The notes beneath the pieces were generated by a model. That model was not told the DNA's origin. It made no database searches and saw only the letters and a list, made by a program, of their open reading frames with translations. Positions 22,121-35,069 of a stretch of DNA of 64,000 bases are shown here, in pieces. The translations under genes and the position numbers were made by a program. Numbering within the stretch: the stretch's first letter is position 1; each line of letters begins with the position of its first letter. This stretch comes from Raillietiella orientalis. Its lineage: Eukaryota. Location of the stretch: the NCBI GenBank assembly GCA_036172245.1, contig JAYWIR010000009.1:4030001-4094000 (forward strand). Reading direction: 5' to 3'.

Positions 22121-25100
22121 TGCGAACGCCGGTGTCACGCGCCGGACCGTCGCGAGGGCACGGGGAGGGGGGGGGGAGAGAGAGAGAGAGAGTGGGAGAG
22201 AGAGGGAGCGGTGCGCACCAACGGGGATGGCGCGCGCGGGAGCCGGCGATGCACGACCCGCACGCACCGCGCAGCCTTTTCCCGCCTGGCCCTCTGGGTT
22301 GCCGTGGGAAACGCGCCGCGGCGGCGGCGGCGATTCCTGCACCCGGACCGCCGCGCCACCCCCGGGAGGCACTGCCACGACCGCGGCTTCCCTGACGCGA
22401 ACGGAGGGGAGAAGCCCTCTGCTCCTCCTCTCTGCCCGGTTTTTCCGAGGGCGCACCGCGGAGAACGGTGTTGAGACGAGCGGGCGGCCCCCGTCGTCGC
22501 CGCCTGCCCATCCTCAGCTGAGACTGCGGACGGAGAGGAACACGGGCGGGAATGGCACGTGCTCCGCACGGAGAGGGAGGAGGGCCTCCGCGCTGCTCGC
22601 GGGCCCGGAACCCGCGGGTTCGAGCTAGCCCTTACCCCCTCCCCCCCCCTTCACCAACTGCACTTGCTCCACGCGTCCCGTTTCGTGCCTCGCCCGATCC
22701 TTACCCCGGGAACGGGGAGGAGAGTCGCCGAGTCAGGGAGTGTGCCATCACGGAATCTTTGTTCCCTCCCTCCCTCTCCTTTCTCCTCTCCGAGAGGCGA
22801 ACAGGAAACCCCCGGCGGAAATAAAGCGAAAATTGGCACGGTCGAGGCGGCGGCGGGATTTCCTGTTCGGGGGAGGAGGAGGAGGGAAGGAAGGGCGGAA
22901 GAGGGAGAAGCTCCGGGTTTCCTGGGCAGCGCTCGTGCTCTCTTTCCGTCGGGCCCGTCCCGAGGGTCTCGGTGCGCCGCCGGCGAGCGAAGGCACTTGA
23001 AGGGAAGAGGGGGGGGGGAGATGCCTGCTCTGGGCGCCCCGGCGATGCGCCACCGCCTCCTTTTCTTCACACCGTGCAACAATCGGAACTGTCGCCATAA
23101 AGGGGGCGTTGATCCAAGGAGCGGATCCTCTTCCGTCGGAGCCCTACTGGCGCGGCTTGTAATTAGGGTATAAAACTGGAGCGTGAACTATGACCTGCTC
23201 GCGGAGGTCAAGTCCATTATCCGCGCATCTTTTGCCAAATCACACGACGGTACTTTTGGGAAGATGGCAGGGAGGCTGCGCGCCGGGCGGGGGGAGCACA
23301 CGAATTCTCCATTCCTCCGAGCGTTCCCGAAGCCGCCGGGCCCACCTTGATGGGTTCGGCGAGCGTGGAGCTCACGGAGCCCCGCGCGCGAAGGATGCAA
23401 TTAAAGACGGAGAGGCGGTGGCGACAGCCGACAGGTCTTCCCCCGTCCCGGCGCGGATGCCGCACGGGTCAAGGAGGCGGCGGTCGCGCGGTGGGAAAAA
23501 GGGGGGAAGGAAGGAGAGAATCCCGCGAGGAGGGACCCCTTCGCCTCAGCGGGGGTCCAGTAGCGACACAGAGCGTCCGAAAGGAAAATCTGCTGGCGTC
23601 GCATCTCACGGTTGCCGGGGAGCCGACGGACGTTGCTCTCCCACCTCCTCCGTCCGCCTCGTCGCGCAGAGAGAGACCCCTTCCCTCCCCTCCCCCCACC
23701 CAAAAAAAAGGAAAGGAGAAAAAGAGGGAAGGAAGGAAGAAGTCGAGGCTCCCAGCCAGCTGCTTGGCCTCCCGTGAGCGAGCTGAGAACCGGGCAGAGG
23801 GCGCCCTCGCGTCCAGCGCGCTGCGAAGCGAAGCGTCCGTGGTGGCTAGGGAAGCGAGGAGCGAGTGCGTGGCAGAGGTCAGGGAGGAGGCGGCGACGGC
23901 GGGCTCTCTCCAATCCCCTCCCTCGCCTCCCACAGGAGGGTCGCAGAGAGAGAGGGAGGAGGAGGAAGAGAGAGAGGGTTCGCCGCGGCCCGCGCGTGCG
24001 CGCCTCCTCCGCCGAGGGACGACGCCACCCGGCTCTCGTCTGTTCCCGGACGAGCCGACGGGCTCGTAAATGCTGGCCGTTCCGGAGAGCGCCATAAATG
24101 GGGGCCCGTCCGCGCCCATGGGCTGCGCACCGCGAGGCTTCGCTCCTCCCCCTTTAGAGAGAGAGAGGGAGAGAGAGGGAAGAAGAAGAAATTAAGGAAA
24201 ATCCGCGTGCGTTGCGTCGGGTTGCGCGCGCCCGCACCGCGCGGCGGGGGCGCGGCCGCCAGTGTCTCTCGCGTGAACCAACTGCCGCTTCCTCCCGCAG
24301 CCGCGCGCCTCCGTCCATCTTTCCGACCTTCCGTCCTCCTCCTCCTTGGCGAGGTACCCCCGGCGCAAGGATGGAAGTACTGCGAGCGAGCGATGATTGT
24401 GGATGGAGGCAGTCGCGCGCGTGCGCGGTGCGAGCGCATTCCTCAGACGGGGCCGCGCCCGCCTGTCCCCCCGCTGGACGCTCGGCCTTTCGGAGCACCA
24501 GTGGACGCAAGAAGTAAATCAATTGCTTTATAGCTAACGGCCATTTCCGAGTTTATGGTGCCCGCTAATGACCTCTCCTCTCGACGAGGTCCTCGCAAAC
24601 TGCCCCTCGGGGGGCTCCTCTCAATTAAGGGCGGGAATTACGCGGCCGCGGAATTCGGCTGCGCGTGAGTGCGAGTGGCCTCTCCCTCGGCCCTCGCGGC
24701 GCGGAGGGGGCCCCAGGGCTGCCCCTTTGGCGCGCGCGGTCCCGCCCCTGTCTCTTCGCTCCTTCCCCTCCGGAACCGGGGTGGGGCGGAGGGACGTGCG
24801 CGCCCCAGAAGGAGGCCGAAAGGAGGGCGGCGGGAGTGTCCTGCAATATCGGCGGCTGCCTGGCTCCCTCTTCCCGGGAGGCACCTCCGAGTGAGCGAAG
24901 GGAATCGACCCCTCGGGGAACTCCTCTCCCCAACCCCGAGGCCCTGGAAAAGGGTACATCGGGGGAATAGGGTCCCTGAGAGGATGCTCCCATTCGGGGG
25001 CTCCGTCTCCGTGCTGTTCCTTCGGATGGGACGGTGGTGCGGGCGCTCTCGTCGCCAGGCGGCGTCTTGCACCGCGGATGACGTCACTCAATCGCTCTCA

Positions 25101-27384
25101 TCCTCCTTCGTCGTCCTCCTTTTCCTACGTGCGGGTCCTTCTCGAGAGCGCGCAGCACCGCCGGCGGATACCTGGAAAGTCTCTGGGCAGCGTGGCGCTT
25201 CCACGTCATTCCACGCGGTCCCACCCGCAGCCCGGGATCTCGTCCCCTCCACGGGACTTCGACTCGGATGCTGCAGCAGTCGATGCTGACCGGCGGAGCC
25301 GACCCTCCCCGTCAGCTGAGACGGTCCCTTCTTCCTCCAGGGCGATCCTCTCCGGCCTTCTAGTGCCCCTCCCTTCCCCCTCCTTTCGCGTGCTCCCAGC
25401 GACCGGAATGGCGGGCGGACCTGGCGCGGAGACGCTTTCCAAGGCCGCTCTGGAGTGCCTTCCTCCTTGAAAAGTTGGGTAAGGAAGGAGGGAGGGGAGC
25501 TCTCACGGCGAGGAGGCTCCAGAAGGCTCGCGCGGATTACCACACGGGGGGAATCCCTCGGGACCCGGGCTTATTCCGCCCTGTAGACCTGTGGACGTGC
25601 GCTCCGATCCCTCGAGCCGGCGGAGCCCCGAGGCGGCGCGAGCGTGAGGTGACGCGCCCGCCAGTTCCTGCGCGGCTCTACCCATGGAGAAGGGAGAAAG
25701 GGAGGGGTGCCTTCCCCTCGAAGTGTACTGGAGAATCCTCCGGGTCCGCGCGAAGGAGGCGCTGCTGCTGCTCTCCTCCAGGAGAGCCGCGTTCGCATGG
25801 GTGGCGCAGGGCGTCCGCCAACTTCGAGTGGCGTCAGCGGGAGCTGCTCGGTCGCGGCTCCCCCGCCGCCTCATGGAGAAGATAGCCTGAGCGCGTCCCC
25901 GGCAATGGCACCCGCCTTCCCACAACCGGGATCCGCTTCCCCCGCCATCGTCGTCACTGGTTTCCCCACCCTTCCCCCCCTCTTCCGCGGCGCTTGCTGA
26001 AGTGAGACGACTGTGCTGCGGAGGAAGCAGAGCACAGACCCGCCCCGGGAAACTTCGTTCCCCGGAGAGCATCCCTCGATCGCCCTTCACCGTTCCCGTT
26101 TCCCCCATCCCCTCTTCTCCTTTAGCGGGCTCAGTAGGCATTCGTCGTCCCGGTGCAGTCCGATCGCGTGACTTCGCAAGCGGAGAGCTCCGGTCACCCT
26201 CCCCTTTCTCATCCTCTTTCCTCACTCTGCGCACCACGGTGTGGGGTAAGGGAACCCGGGCAAGCGGTCCTGGAAGAGCTCGAGCCGGGTGCGGGAGCTC
26301 CGCGGTTCTGTCCCAGGACCAGTGACTGCGCAAAGGGGGCGGGGCGACCTTCTGTTCCCGTCCCCTCCCCTTTTCCTCACGGCGAAGGGCGCGCCGGAAC
26401 GAAAGCCCCGAGCCACGCCTTTCCGCCGCCTTCCTCCCACCTCGATTGTCTTTCCTCGGTGGGGCGTCCCAGGCGCCTGACTCGTCCAAGCCGCTGGCGA
26501 CCGGACGAACCAGCTCATTCCCTCCGGCTTTCCACGGGGGGAATATGCGGACCGTAGCGGGAGCTCAAGGACTCTGGGAGTCGCATGCTTCCCTTACGCA
26601 ACGCCGGGTGGCGCGCGGGCGCAGCCACTGCGTGTCCACTGCGGGCGAACGGAACGACCGCGTGTAGGGCGGACGGTGCCTCAGTTCTCTCCTTTCTCCG
26701 ACAAGAATGAGGGAGGAAGAAAGAGCAGAGGAAGAGATGTGAAAGGGAGGAGGGGAAGGAGGACAAAGAGGAAGAGGAAGAGGAGGAGGAAAGGTAGGGA
26801 GAAGGAGAAGGAAGGAGGGAGGAGGAAGTGGAAGGGAAGAGAGGAGGTCTCGTTCTGCTACGAGGGAGATGCGACAACATCTCTTCCACTCGTCAGAAGG
26901 CATCACGGAGGAGCGGCAGAGCAGGGAAGCGGCGTACCGCCGGATGGGGGGAAGGAGCGGCAGCGTTTCTCTCGCGCGCACGGATGCAGCGGAGGTTGGA
27001 GAGGGGAGGGGGGGAGGCGGCGGCGACTAATCCCTCGGATCTGCGAGGGAAGGCGTCAGGACGGCATCCAGGCGTCCTCCCCCTGCGCGTGCGATCCTCC
27101 CGTTCCCATTGTGGGAAAGATTTGGGAGCACAAAAGCGGGAATCTCAGCGGCGGCAGCGGCACGCCCTGCTCGGCGGACCGCGGCGGCAGGGAAGAAGGG
27201 GGAGGGGGAGGGAAGGGGCGAATTGGCCTACCGCCATCCGCTCTCCATGCGCCTTCGGGGCTGAGGAGGGGGGAGAGGGAGGAGAACGGAGGGTTCCACT
27301 CTCGCGACCGACAAGGGGAGATGGCTCTCCCCTCCCCACCTCGCATGAATTTCTCTCCACGTTGCCAAGCGACGGCGGATCCCT

Positions 27385-28000
27385 CCTGGAACCTCATCGC
27401 CTGGAAGGTCCGAAGAGTTGTCATCCTCTTGACCTCTTGTAGCCTTCAGGAAGGGGGGAGAGCACCTCCTCCCTCGTGGTGGGGATCACGTCGCTTTTCC
27501 TCGCTCTGTTCATCTTCCTCTCCACCATCCCTTAGGAGCCCCTCGGGACACGCGCATTCCCTTGAGCAGTGGCGTTTCTGAAGGGGAAACGAGGGAGCTA
27601 CAGGCCACGAGTGCCCGGACATCCCATTCGTTCCCCTCTTTTCTCGCTCGTGCTTCAGGAAATGTACGGCTCGCCCGAGACCTATCCCAAGCGCGTGCCC
27701 CGGTCATCCTGTCTTCACGCCTCGTAGGAGCAGCGTCCTAGCGGCTCCGTCCCCAACGGAAAAAAACGAAAGCAAGGGAGAGGGGGACTCTGGCTGGGGT
27801 GTCGACAGCGGCTCCCCTACCTCCCGCCAGGAGCCCCTGGGAGGCAAGGCACGAGCACGGGAGTGGGAGCCGCCTCCGATCCCCGCCCTATCGCGTTTGC
27901 GTCACTCCCGAAAAGTCAGGAAACAAGCGAGGGCGACAGGAACACGGGAAAGGGGACGGGGGGGTGACAGCGGCTGGCGGTAATGAAAGGCAGGGTTGCC
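27385..28000 (+). mobile_element. Possible fossil APE endonuclease N-terminus of a LINE
   Basis: IAWKVRRV...SCSLQE (ISWNVRGL...LQET), MYGSP (~27665), GSGSRL (~27870); weak. Confidence 0.3.
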
Positions 28001-29243
28001 CTTCCCCCCTTTCGGGCAGAACGGCGCCCGCGATCACCTCCCCTGGATGCCTCTCCCAGGCTGCATGGTTGGGAGGCACGCGGTCGCCCCGCGCGGAATC
28101 TCGAAAAGGCACTTTCCAGGAGTCACACGGGATCGCCCACTTCCCAACACCCGCGACGGGAGACTCCCGGCGAGGCATAGTTTCAGCACGCTGTCCCCGC
28201 GCTGGTCGTGCGCGCCTTCACGGGGAGAGGGCATCTCCTGGCGGGGAGCAGCTGCTTGGAAGGCACGCGCCCCTCTGAGGCTGCCGGCGAGGGAGCGGGA
28301 ACGAACTCCACCTCTGGGACGGAGGGCGAGGACAGGACCGAAAGGGCGCCCCCGAGCCCGCCATGGGTCGCAGGAACCCCTAACAGGCTCGCCTCCGTTT
28401 CCGGGGAAACGTCGTCCCGCACTTTCGTCGCCCGGCTTCCCAAGGTGTGGGCGCCCTCCTCCGGAGCTGCCGGGAATCGCAGCATCCATCGCTCCGCCTC
28501 GCCAATGAAAGAGGGGAGAGAGTGATGGAGACTGGGACCCCCTGCCCCCCTATGGCTCCCGCATCCAGAGAGGCGCCTCCCGTCGTACCGTGCGTAATTT
28601 ACCTATTCCCGCCAGCACCAGCTCCCCAGGGGAAAAAACAAGATGGCCACCGCGTGCCGCCGAGGTTGGAGTAGTCTGTGCAGCTGCTATGGCCTAAAGG
28701 ATGGGGGGAAGGGGAGGAGAAGCCACCCCCAGAGAGTTAAGAATTGCCGCCGGCTTACGGAAGAACGCCCGTGCGCCCGCTCTGGGCGAACTCGTCACCG
28801 CCTCCGGGAGGAGGGCGCAAGAGAGCGCGTGGAGGAGAGAGGCGAGAGGACACTGCACGCGCGCGCGGTGTTGTCCTTCCCTCGAGATTCTCCCGGAAGT
28901 CGCCCCCCTCCCGGCCTTCCACCGGCAGGATCCATAAATAACGGGGGGACCCTTCGTCCCCGCGTGGTATCCGAGCGAGCGGCGGCGGCGACGCACGCGG
29001 GTGCCGATCTTTATCGGGGAGCGGTGGTTCGTCCTGCGGAAGGCCCACGGGCGGCCTCCAGCAGGCGGCGCTCCCTCTTCGCGGGAGGCGTGCGCGATCG
29101 CCTCCACGATAAGCGGCGCCGGCGGAAACGCGTAAGTCCCCCCTCCGAGGCCCGGAGGCGATCTGACCTGGCGGGAGAGGCGGCCGTGGGGGGTCAGCCG
29201 CGACCGGGAAACGGGGAGTACGATGGGGACGGTCATATGAAGG

Positions 29244-29464
29244 GACGACCAAGAGGAAGAGCACGGGAAGAGGAGGAGGAACGGGAACTCCTGGGTATCC
29301 ATAGATGGAGCCGGAGATCCAGGAAGATCTCGTCGCACAGGTCGACGGGAGACGGTGGGCTGTCATCCTTGTCGACGAGATCTTCCTGGATCTCCGGCTC
29401 CATCTATGGATACCCAGGAGTTCCCGTTCCTCCTCCTCTTCCCGTGCTCTTCCTCTTGGTCGTC
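29244..29464. repeat. Perfect 92-bp inverted repeat with 37-nt loop
   Basis: 29244-29335 is the exact reverse complement of 29373-29464. Confidence 0.95.
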
Positions 29465-32400
29465 TTTCTTACTTCCAGCCTTCCTCCTCGTCCTTTCTTC
29501 CCCGTCCCATCCTCCTCCTCTTGCATGTCTTCCTCCTTAACTTCTCTTCCTCTTCCTGTCCTTCTCCACATCCTCTTTCTTTGCTCTTCCTTTCCTCCAG
29601 CCTTCCTCCTCGTCTCCCTCTTTTACTCCTTCTCCTCTCCCTGGACGAGCAGTGCCATTCTTCCTGATGACGATTTCCCGTTTCGCCTGCTTCCTGGCAG
29701 CATCCTCTCCCGGTCGCCTCGGCGCGCCCTGTCACAGTCGTGTCTCGGCGCCCGGCTTTGCCGACGCCCGGGAGCGAGGAGGCGGCGGTTCTCCCTTTTC
29801 CGGGAGGTTCTGGTTGGCCGCTCCCCTCTGTCCCCTACACCGGTCCGGGCGCGTCAGCGGGACAACGTGGAGGCGCTTCCTGTTCTTCTTTGCTGTCTCG
29901 GAGTCGCGAGTCTTTGAAAAGGGCACGTCGCGGGCGAGACCGCGTGGCCGTCCGGAGGGACCCACTCTTGCCGTGCGGGCCGGTAGCCGCCATTCCCCCC
30001 AGTTGGCTGTCCCGAGCTCTCAACCCCTTCCGAGATGGTGGGGAGGATCCTGGCGAAGGTCTCCCCCGCGAGCGGGAGGAGGAAGGGGGTCCCACGCGCC
30101 ATGCACCCCACCACGCAGCTCGCTCCAGCCGCACGTGTACAAAGGTGTACACTGCATGCTTACGGCATGCGGGAGGGGTGGACGCGCGCAGGAGATGGAA
30201 GAGGAAGAGAAATAGGAAGGGGGAGGAAAAAAAAGGGAGGACAGGAAGCAGTCGGGTGCGGCGCCCAATAGTTGCAACCGCTCCCCCCCCCTTTTCCCTC
30301 TTTTCCGCGCCTGTGTCCCCGCACGAGTTCCGAGTGCCACCGGGACTGCTCCCTGGAAGACTCGCGCACGCGCGCGCGCGCCACCGCCTCCCCTCCTTCC
30401 CGCCGAAAACGTCTCCTCCCGATCCAGGGGCTGTGGCCCGCTCCCGGCCGTTGCGGGGAAGCGCGCGTCAGCGGGGTTGCTGCCGCAGCGCACTGTCCTC
30501 GTCGTCAGCTGAGCTGTCCCGGGATGCGGCGGCGGAGGGATCCCGGGAGCGAAAAGGCAAAAAGCCGCCTCCGCTCCCCACGCGGCTCGTCGCCGTCATC
30601 GACGGGCGCGAGGGAGGACGAGGGGAAGAGAAGGGGACTCGGAAGGGCGGCGCGCGTCCGGGAGCTTCCTACGGGAGCGAGTGAGCGGAGGAGGAAGTGG
30701 GGCCTTCGAAACGAGGTGGAGCTGCCGCCGCTCCCGCGTGGGGGACCCTTCCTGAAGCTTCTCTCAAGCCTGCGGTGGAGCGGGAGGGAGGAAAGGGGAG
30801 CGAAGGAACCCCACCCCCATCCTCCCGAGAATTTCCCGGAGGCTGGACCCGAACGGGAAGGTAGGGCCGAGCTTGCCGCCCCTTAGAGTCAGGGGCCAGG
30901 GAGGGGGGAACGGAGGGGCTAGCATGATGCGTCTACGGGACGGCGGCATGCCCAGGAATTGAGGGAGCGGAAAGGAAGGGGGGGAGCACGGAGACGAAAT
31001 TTCGTGAGGGGGGACCCTGGAACCCGTGTTGCGACCTCCTTCTCCCTTCCCTCTCCTTCTCCTGCTGTGCCACTACCGTCCCCTCCCCTCCCCCATGCCT
31101 CTCTATTCTTCCGCGAAAGGCCACGTGTCGCCGCTCTTTCCTCCCCCTACCTCCACCGCACTCCCTCCCGTCGCGCGGTGGTCGCTTCGTCTCTCTCCAG
31201 GAGCGTCCACGTGCGCCTCTCCTGTGCACGCCCGCCACGAAGAGAAGGAAACAGGCTGGGAAGGAGACAAGCGGGGGAGGGAGGGGGAGGGAGAGAGAGC
31301 CGTTTCCATGGCGAAGCATCCGTAAACCGAGCACGGCCGCGCTGCTGCGCGTGCGCGCTTGATCGAAATCGACGTTCGCCCCCCCCCCCCCCTTCGCCCC
31401 CTCCCCCTTCCCCCGTTTGCGCGACTGCTGCGCGCGCTCTCTCCTCTCCTGCTCCTTCTTTTCCCGGTTGCTATGGTTTCCCCGGCGTCGGCCACTCGAT
31501 CCGATCGGGTTGCACGCTCACGCAAAGAGAGAAAAGCGTGGCTCCCGGCAAGATTGCGCCGGCTTCGAGGCGGGGGGCGACCGGGAGTTTTTTTTTTCTT
31601 TTTCTTTTCCTTCTTCTTTCCTTCCTTTCTTTCTTTCCTTTTTTTTTTGTTCTTCTTTCTCTTTTTTGCGCTTCCCGTGCCGCTTGCTGCTGGAATATCT
31701 GCCGCGGCGATCTCCGCCCATTCTCCGTTTCCGGCCACCACGTCGTATCATTTCCGGTGCCGGTGGCTGGGTCCGCTCGCATCGGATGTTGGTGCCGGAA
31801 GGTCCGAACATCTGCATGCAGCAGCAGCAGCAGCATCAGTAGCGGTGGCGGCAGCCTCCTCCTCCCTCGGATCACCAGGCGCGTGCGGCGGGGACACGAC
31901 GGAGTGGCTCTCCCTCGGGGAGCCGCAGCCACCCTTGAAGGGAATAGCGCGCGCGCCGGCGGTAGAGGGCAGGCGGGCGTCTCCGTTGAGACCAGGGTCG
32001 GGCTTCCCCTTTGCCCGTGCGCTCGCCTTTCTCCTGCTCTCACGAGGGGAAGCCCACGGTCAGAAGTTTCCGCGTGGGGGGCGCAGTTGCAGCGTTGTGC
32101 TCCTGCCTCAGGCTCCGTGAGTTGCGCGACCCAAGTGGCAGAAGTACGAGGATGAAATAGAAGGGACGGGGCGGAAGGAGGAGGAGGAGGAAGGGATGGG
32201 AGAGCGGTCTCTCACCCGTTGGGGAGCGGGTCCCCTCCTGCCGCTTCGGCTGCGGGAGCCGGCATCCAGGAGAGCTGCGAGAAAACCAGTTCGGGAAAGG
32301 GAAAATTCCAGTGTTCGGGGATTGGGAGAGACAGGAAAGGGGTGGTCGGCGGACTATGGGGGAAGGTTCCCACCCAGCTTCCCTCTTAGCGACATCCCTG

Positions 32401-32479
32401 CGGAGAGAGCTTCAGGACGACGGAGGAAACTGCGGCAGCGTCCGGCCCGCCCCGTGGAGAGCGCCCAGGAAGAAGGAGG

Positions 32480-33460
32480 TGGGGGAGACGGAATCGGAAA
32501 GCATGCGTCTGCGCCTCGGATCCCCGTCTGGTCCAGCCGGAGCCGCAAATAAGCACAGGAGGATGGCGACAGGGTCCTTACTTTGGTTTCAGGGGAAGGG
32601 GGAGAGCCAAGGCAGCTGGATGACTGACCGTCTCCTCCTCCGCGCGGATTCTGGAGGGCGAGGACCAGGCGGGATCCGCCAACCACCCTCTGTAGCACGG
32701 CGATGTTCCCGTGATCGTCCATGCGGGCCGCCCCGAGGAAGTCGGAAGGAAGCAAAGACCTGGTGCGCGATCTCTGGTATCCCAAAGAGGGGCGGAGGAT
32801 GAGGAGAGAAAGCCGGGCGAGCGGAACGGTACAGCCAACCTCTCTACTTCCTCTCGAGGGCTGGGGGGGGGGGGATGTCCGTGTCCTCCCTCCGACGGCT
32901 CCTGCGTTCGACACGCACCACGAAGCCGGGACGGAGGTGGGTGAAGTAGGAAAGTGGCGCGCGAGCGGAGACTCCAGAGGCTGTCAGGACTATCCTTGTC
33001 GCGGGGAAACCCAAGACCGAATCAGGACGAAGACATCCAAGGGGTGCGCGGAGTCGCGCACACACCCTCGCGTGAGGCGCGAGCGACCTCTCCTGGAAGG
33101 CCTCTCGCGGCAGGCAAGCCACCTCCGAAGAGGTGAAGGGGGGTGGGGGCAATCCTCTGATGAGTAACGCCTCCGCGGATTCAAGAGCGGCTCTGCTCGC
33201 TCGCAGGGGGTCGGAAGCGGAAGAGGAACGGACTAAAACAGAGTCTCCGTCCGGCACGGAGGACGGCGGAGATGGCAGGAAACTCCCGAAGGAGCCGAAG
33301 GGCAAGAAGCGTGTCTGCGGAGATGCTGACAGCAGCAGGAAGCGACACGGAGGGGTCATTAATCAGAGCGATGAAAAAGAGACCGCGTACGTGCGCACGC
33401 GGCTCAAGTTTGCGAGGAGACGTAGCAAGTCCCTCCAACTTTTTGCCCAAAAAAGTGGTA
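32480..33460 (+). mobile_element. Possible L1/Tx1-like endonuclease-RT linker fossil
   Basis: QPTSLL (W..N.SLL), CRGETQ (IRG..I), RTRLKFARRRSKSLQLF (RSR..W...GEK.TKFF), in order; weak. Confidence 0.3.
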
Positions 33461-35069
33461 CTCGCGCTTGCCGGGAGAGGGATGCCTCGTTTCCGGGGCA
33501 CTTCCGCCCAGGCTGCACGCAGAGCGCGGACGTTCCTTCGCGGACCCCTCGTAGACGCCGCAATCGCCGCCGCCGCCATGGCGGAGGTCATCCTGGCTTG
33601 AGAAGCCGCCGCCGCATTCCTGTCCATTCACTCGCCCACCCCCTCGGGGATCGGCGTGCTTCCTCCTCCTCCTCCCCGCCCGCACCCCCTCACCCACCCC
33701 CACCAGCTCAGAGCGCATTCCCGGAGCTCCCGCGAGGGGAGCACCTGCGAGAGGCCTCGCGCCGCCATAAAACCGCGGCTGCAATTCGCCTGGCCGCGCG
33801 CTCCATCATCATCGCCCATTTTTATTTCCCTGTTGTCCTCCGGGCTCCTCGGAATGCCAGGAATCTTCCCCCCCCCCTCCCGCCCTCCGCTCTCCCCCCC
33901 TCCGGAAAAGAAAAAAAAAAGAGTGTGGTCCATCCCGGTAGCGGCGGTGGCTTCCCGGTTCCCAGCCTTCGTGTTGCGCGCGTCTCGCAAACCACGATGC
34001 GGGCCGCCGCGGTGGGAGGACGGCGGGACCCCCTCCAACGCCCCTCTTCTAGTTCGGGGTGCTTCGGGTCGCCTTCATCCTCGTCGGATTCGCGCGCCGC
34101 GAACTCTCATCCCGAGGGGAGCAGGAGACGCTAGCCCCAACCTGCCGGAGGGACATCGTTCCACCCGCCCGAGTTTTCCCCCCGGGTTGCGGGGAGGAAC
34201 TTCTGCCCTTCCCGGCCGGGACGGATCCCGACGTTCACGGAGGCCGTCCGGGAGCCTTCAACTTTCGTTCCCCTGGAGAAAAAACGCCTTCCCCTGCGGC
34301 TCTCACCCCTTTCCCCTCCACCGGCAAAGAGGCGAAGCGGAGGAGGGTGATGGTTCGCGTGCGCGCCCCCGCCACGAACCACCAACCTCGGTTTCCCTGG
34401 GGACGGGTTCGCGCGTTTTTCTCGAGGACGACCCCGGCTTCGGCTCCAAGCAGCTCGTGAGAGAAGGAGGACGCAGAAAAAAACAGGAAACGGGTGCGCT
34501 TTCCCTCTCTCCCGACGTAGGCAGGGCCCGCCCTCCGAAAGGCAGAGTCTGCCAACCGCCGCCTCCCGGTTCCCATGACAGCCGCGGCCGCGTTCGGCAC
34601 GTCTGGGAGCTGTCCCGCCAGCGACTTGAGATGATTCGAGGGCTCTGGACCAGGAGAAACGGTGGCGATGCTCCGCATTCCTCACGGAAGGGGTCTGGAG
34701 CGACCTTCGGACGCGCTTCACACTTCCCACTGCATCCCGGAGTCCTTCGCGGCGAGACGGGACCATGTTGCTATGGCGCGCGCGGGCGGACGTCCCGTTT
34801 CCTAATTGACGCTCTGTGGCGAGGGAAGCGGAGCTCCAAAAATGGAGGAGCAGAGCCACGGCCGGGAACGAAGAGAGTCGGTGTGAGGCCCGCGGTACAG
34901 TGGGAAGGGAGTGGGAGAGACTCCGGGAGGAGGAGACGGCGCTGTCCCATTTGCAAACCCCGGCGCTGAGACCGGGGATCCGGATTTTCAGGACCCGGAG
35001 GGAAGCGGGAGGGAGGCGAGATCGTGGGGAAAGCGGCGATATGACTTGCTTCGGGCTCCCTGCTCACCT

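Noticed and set aside
33133..34969. 333 aa and 437 aa plus-strand ORFs
   Set aside because: They cross homopolymer runs and show no coherent protein features; open frames on several strands reflect stop-codon scarcity.
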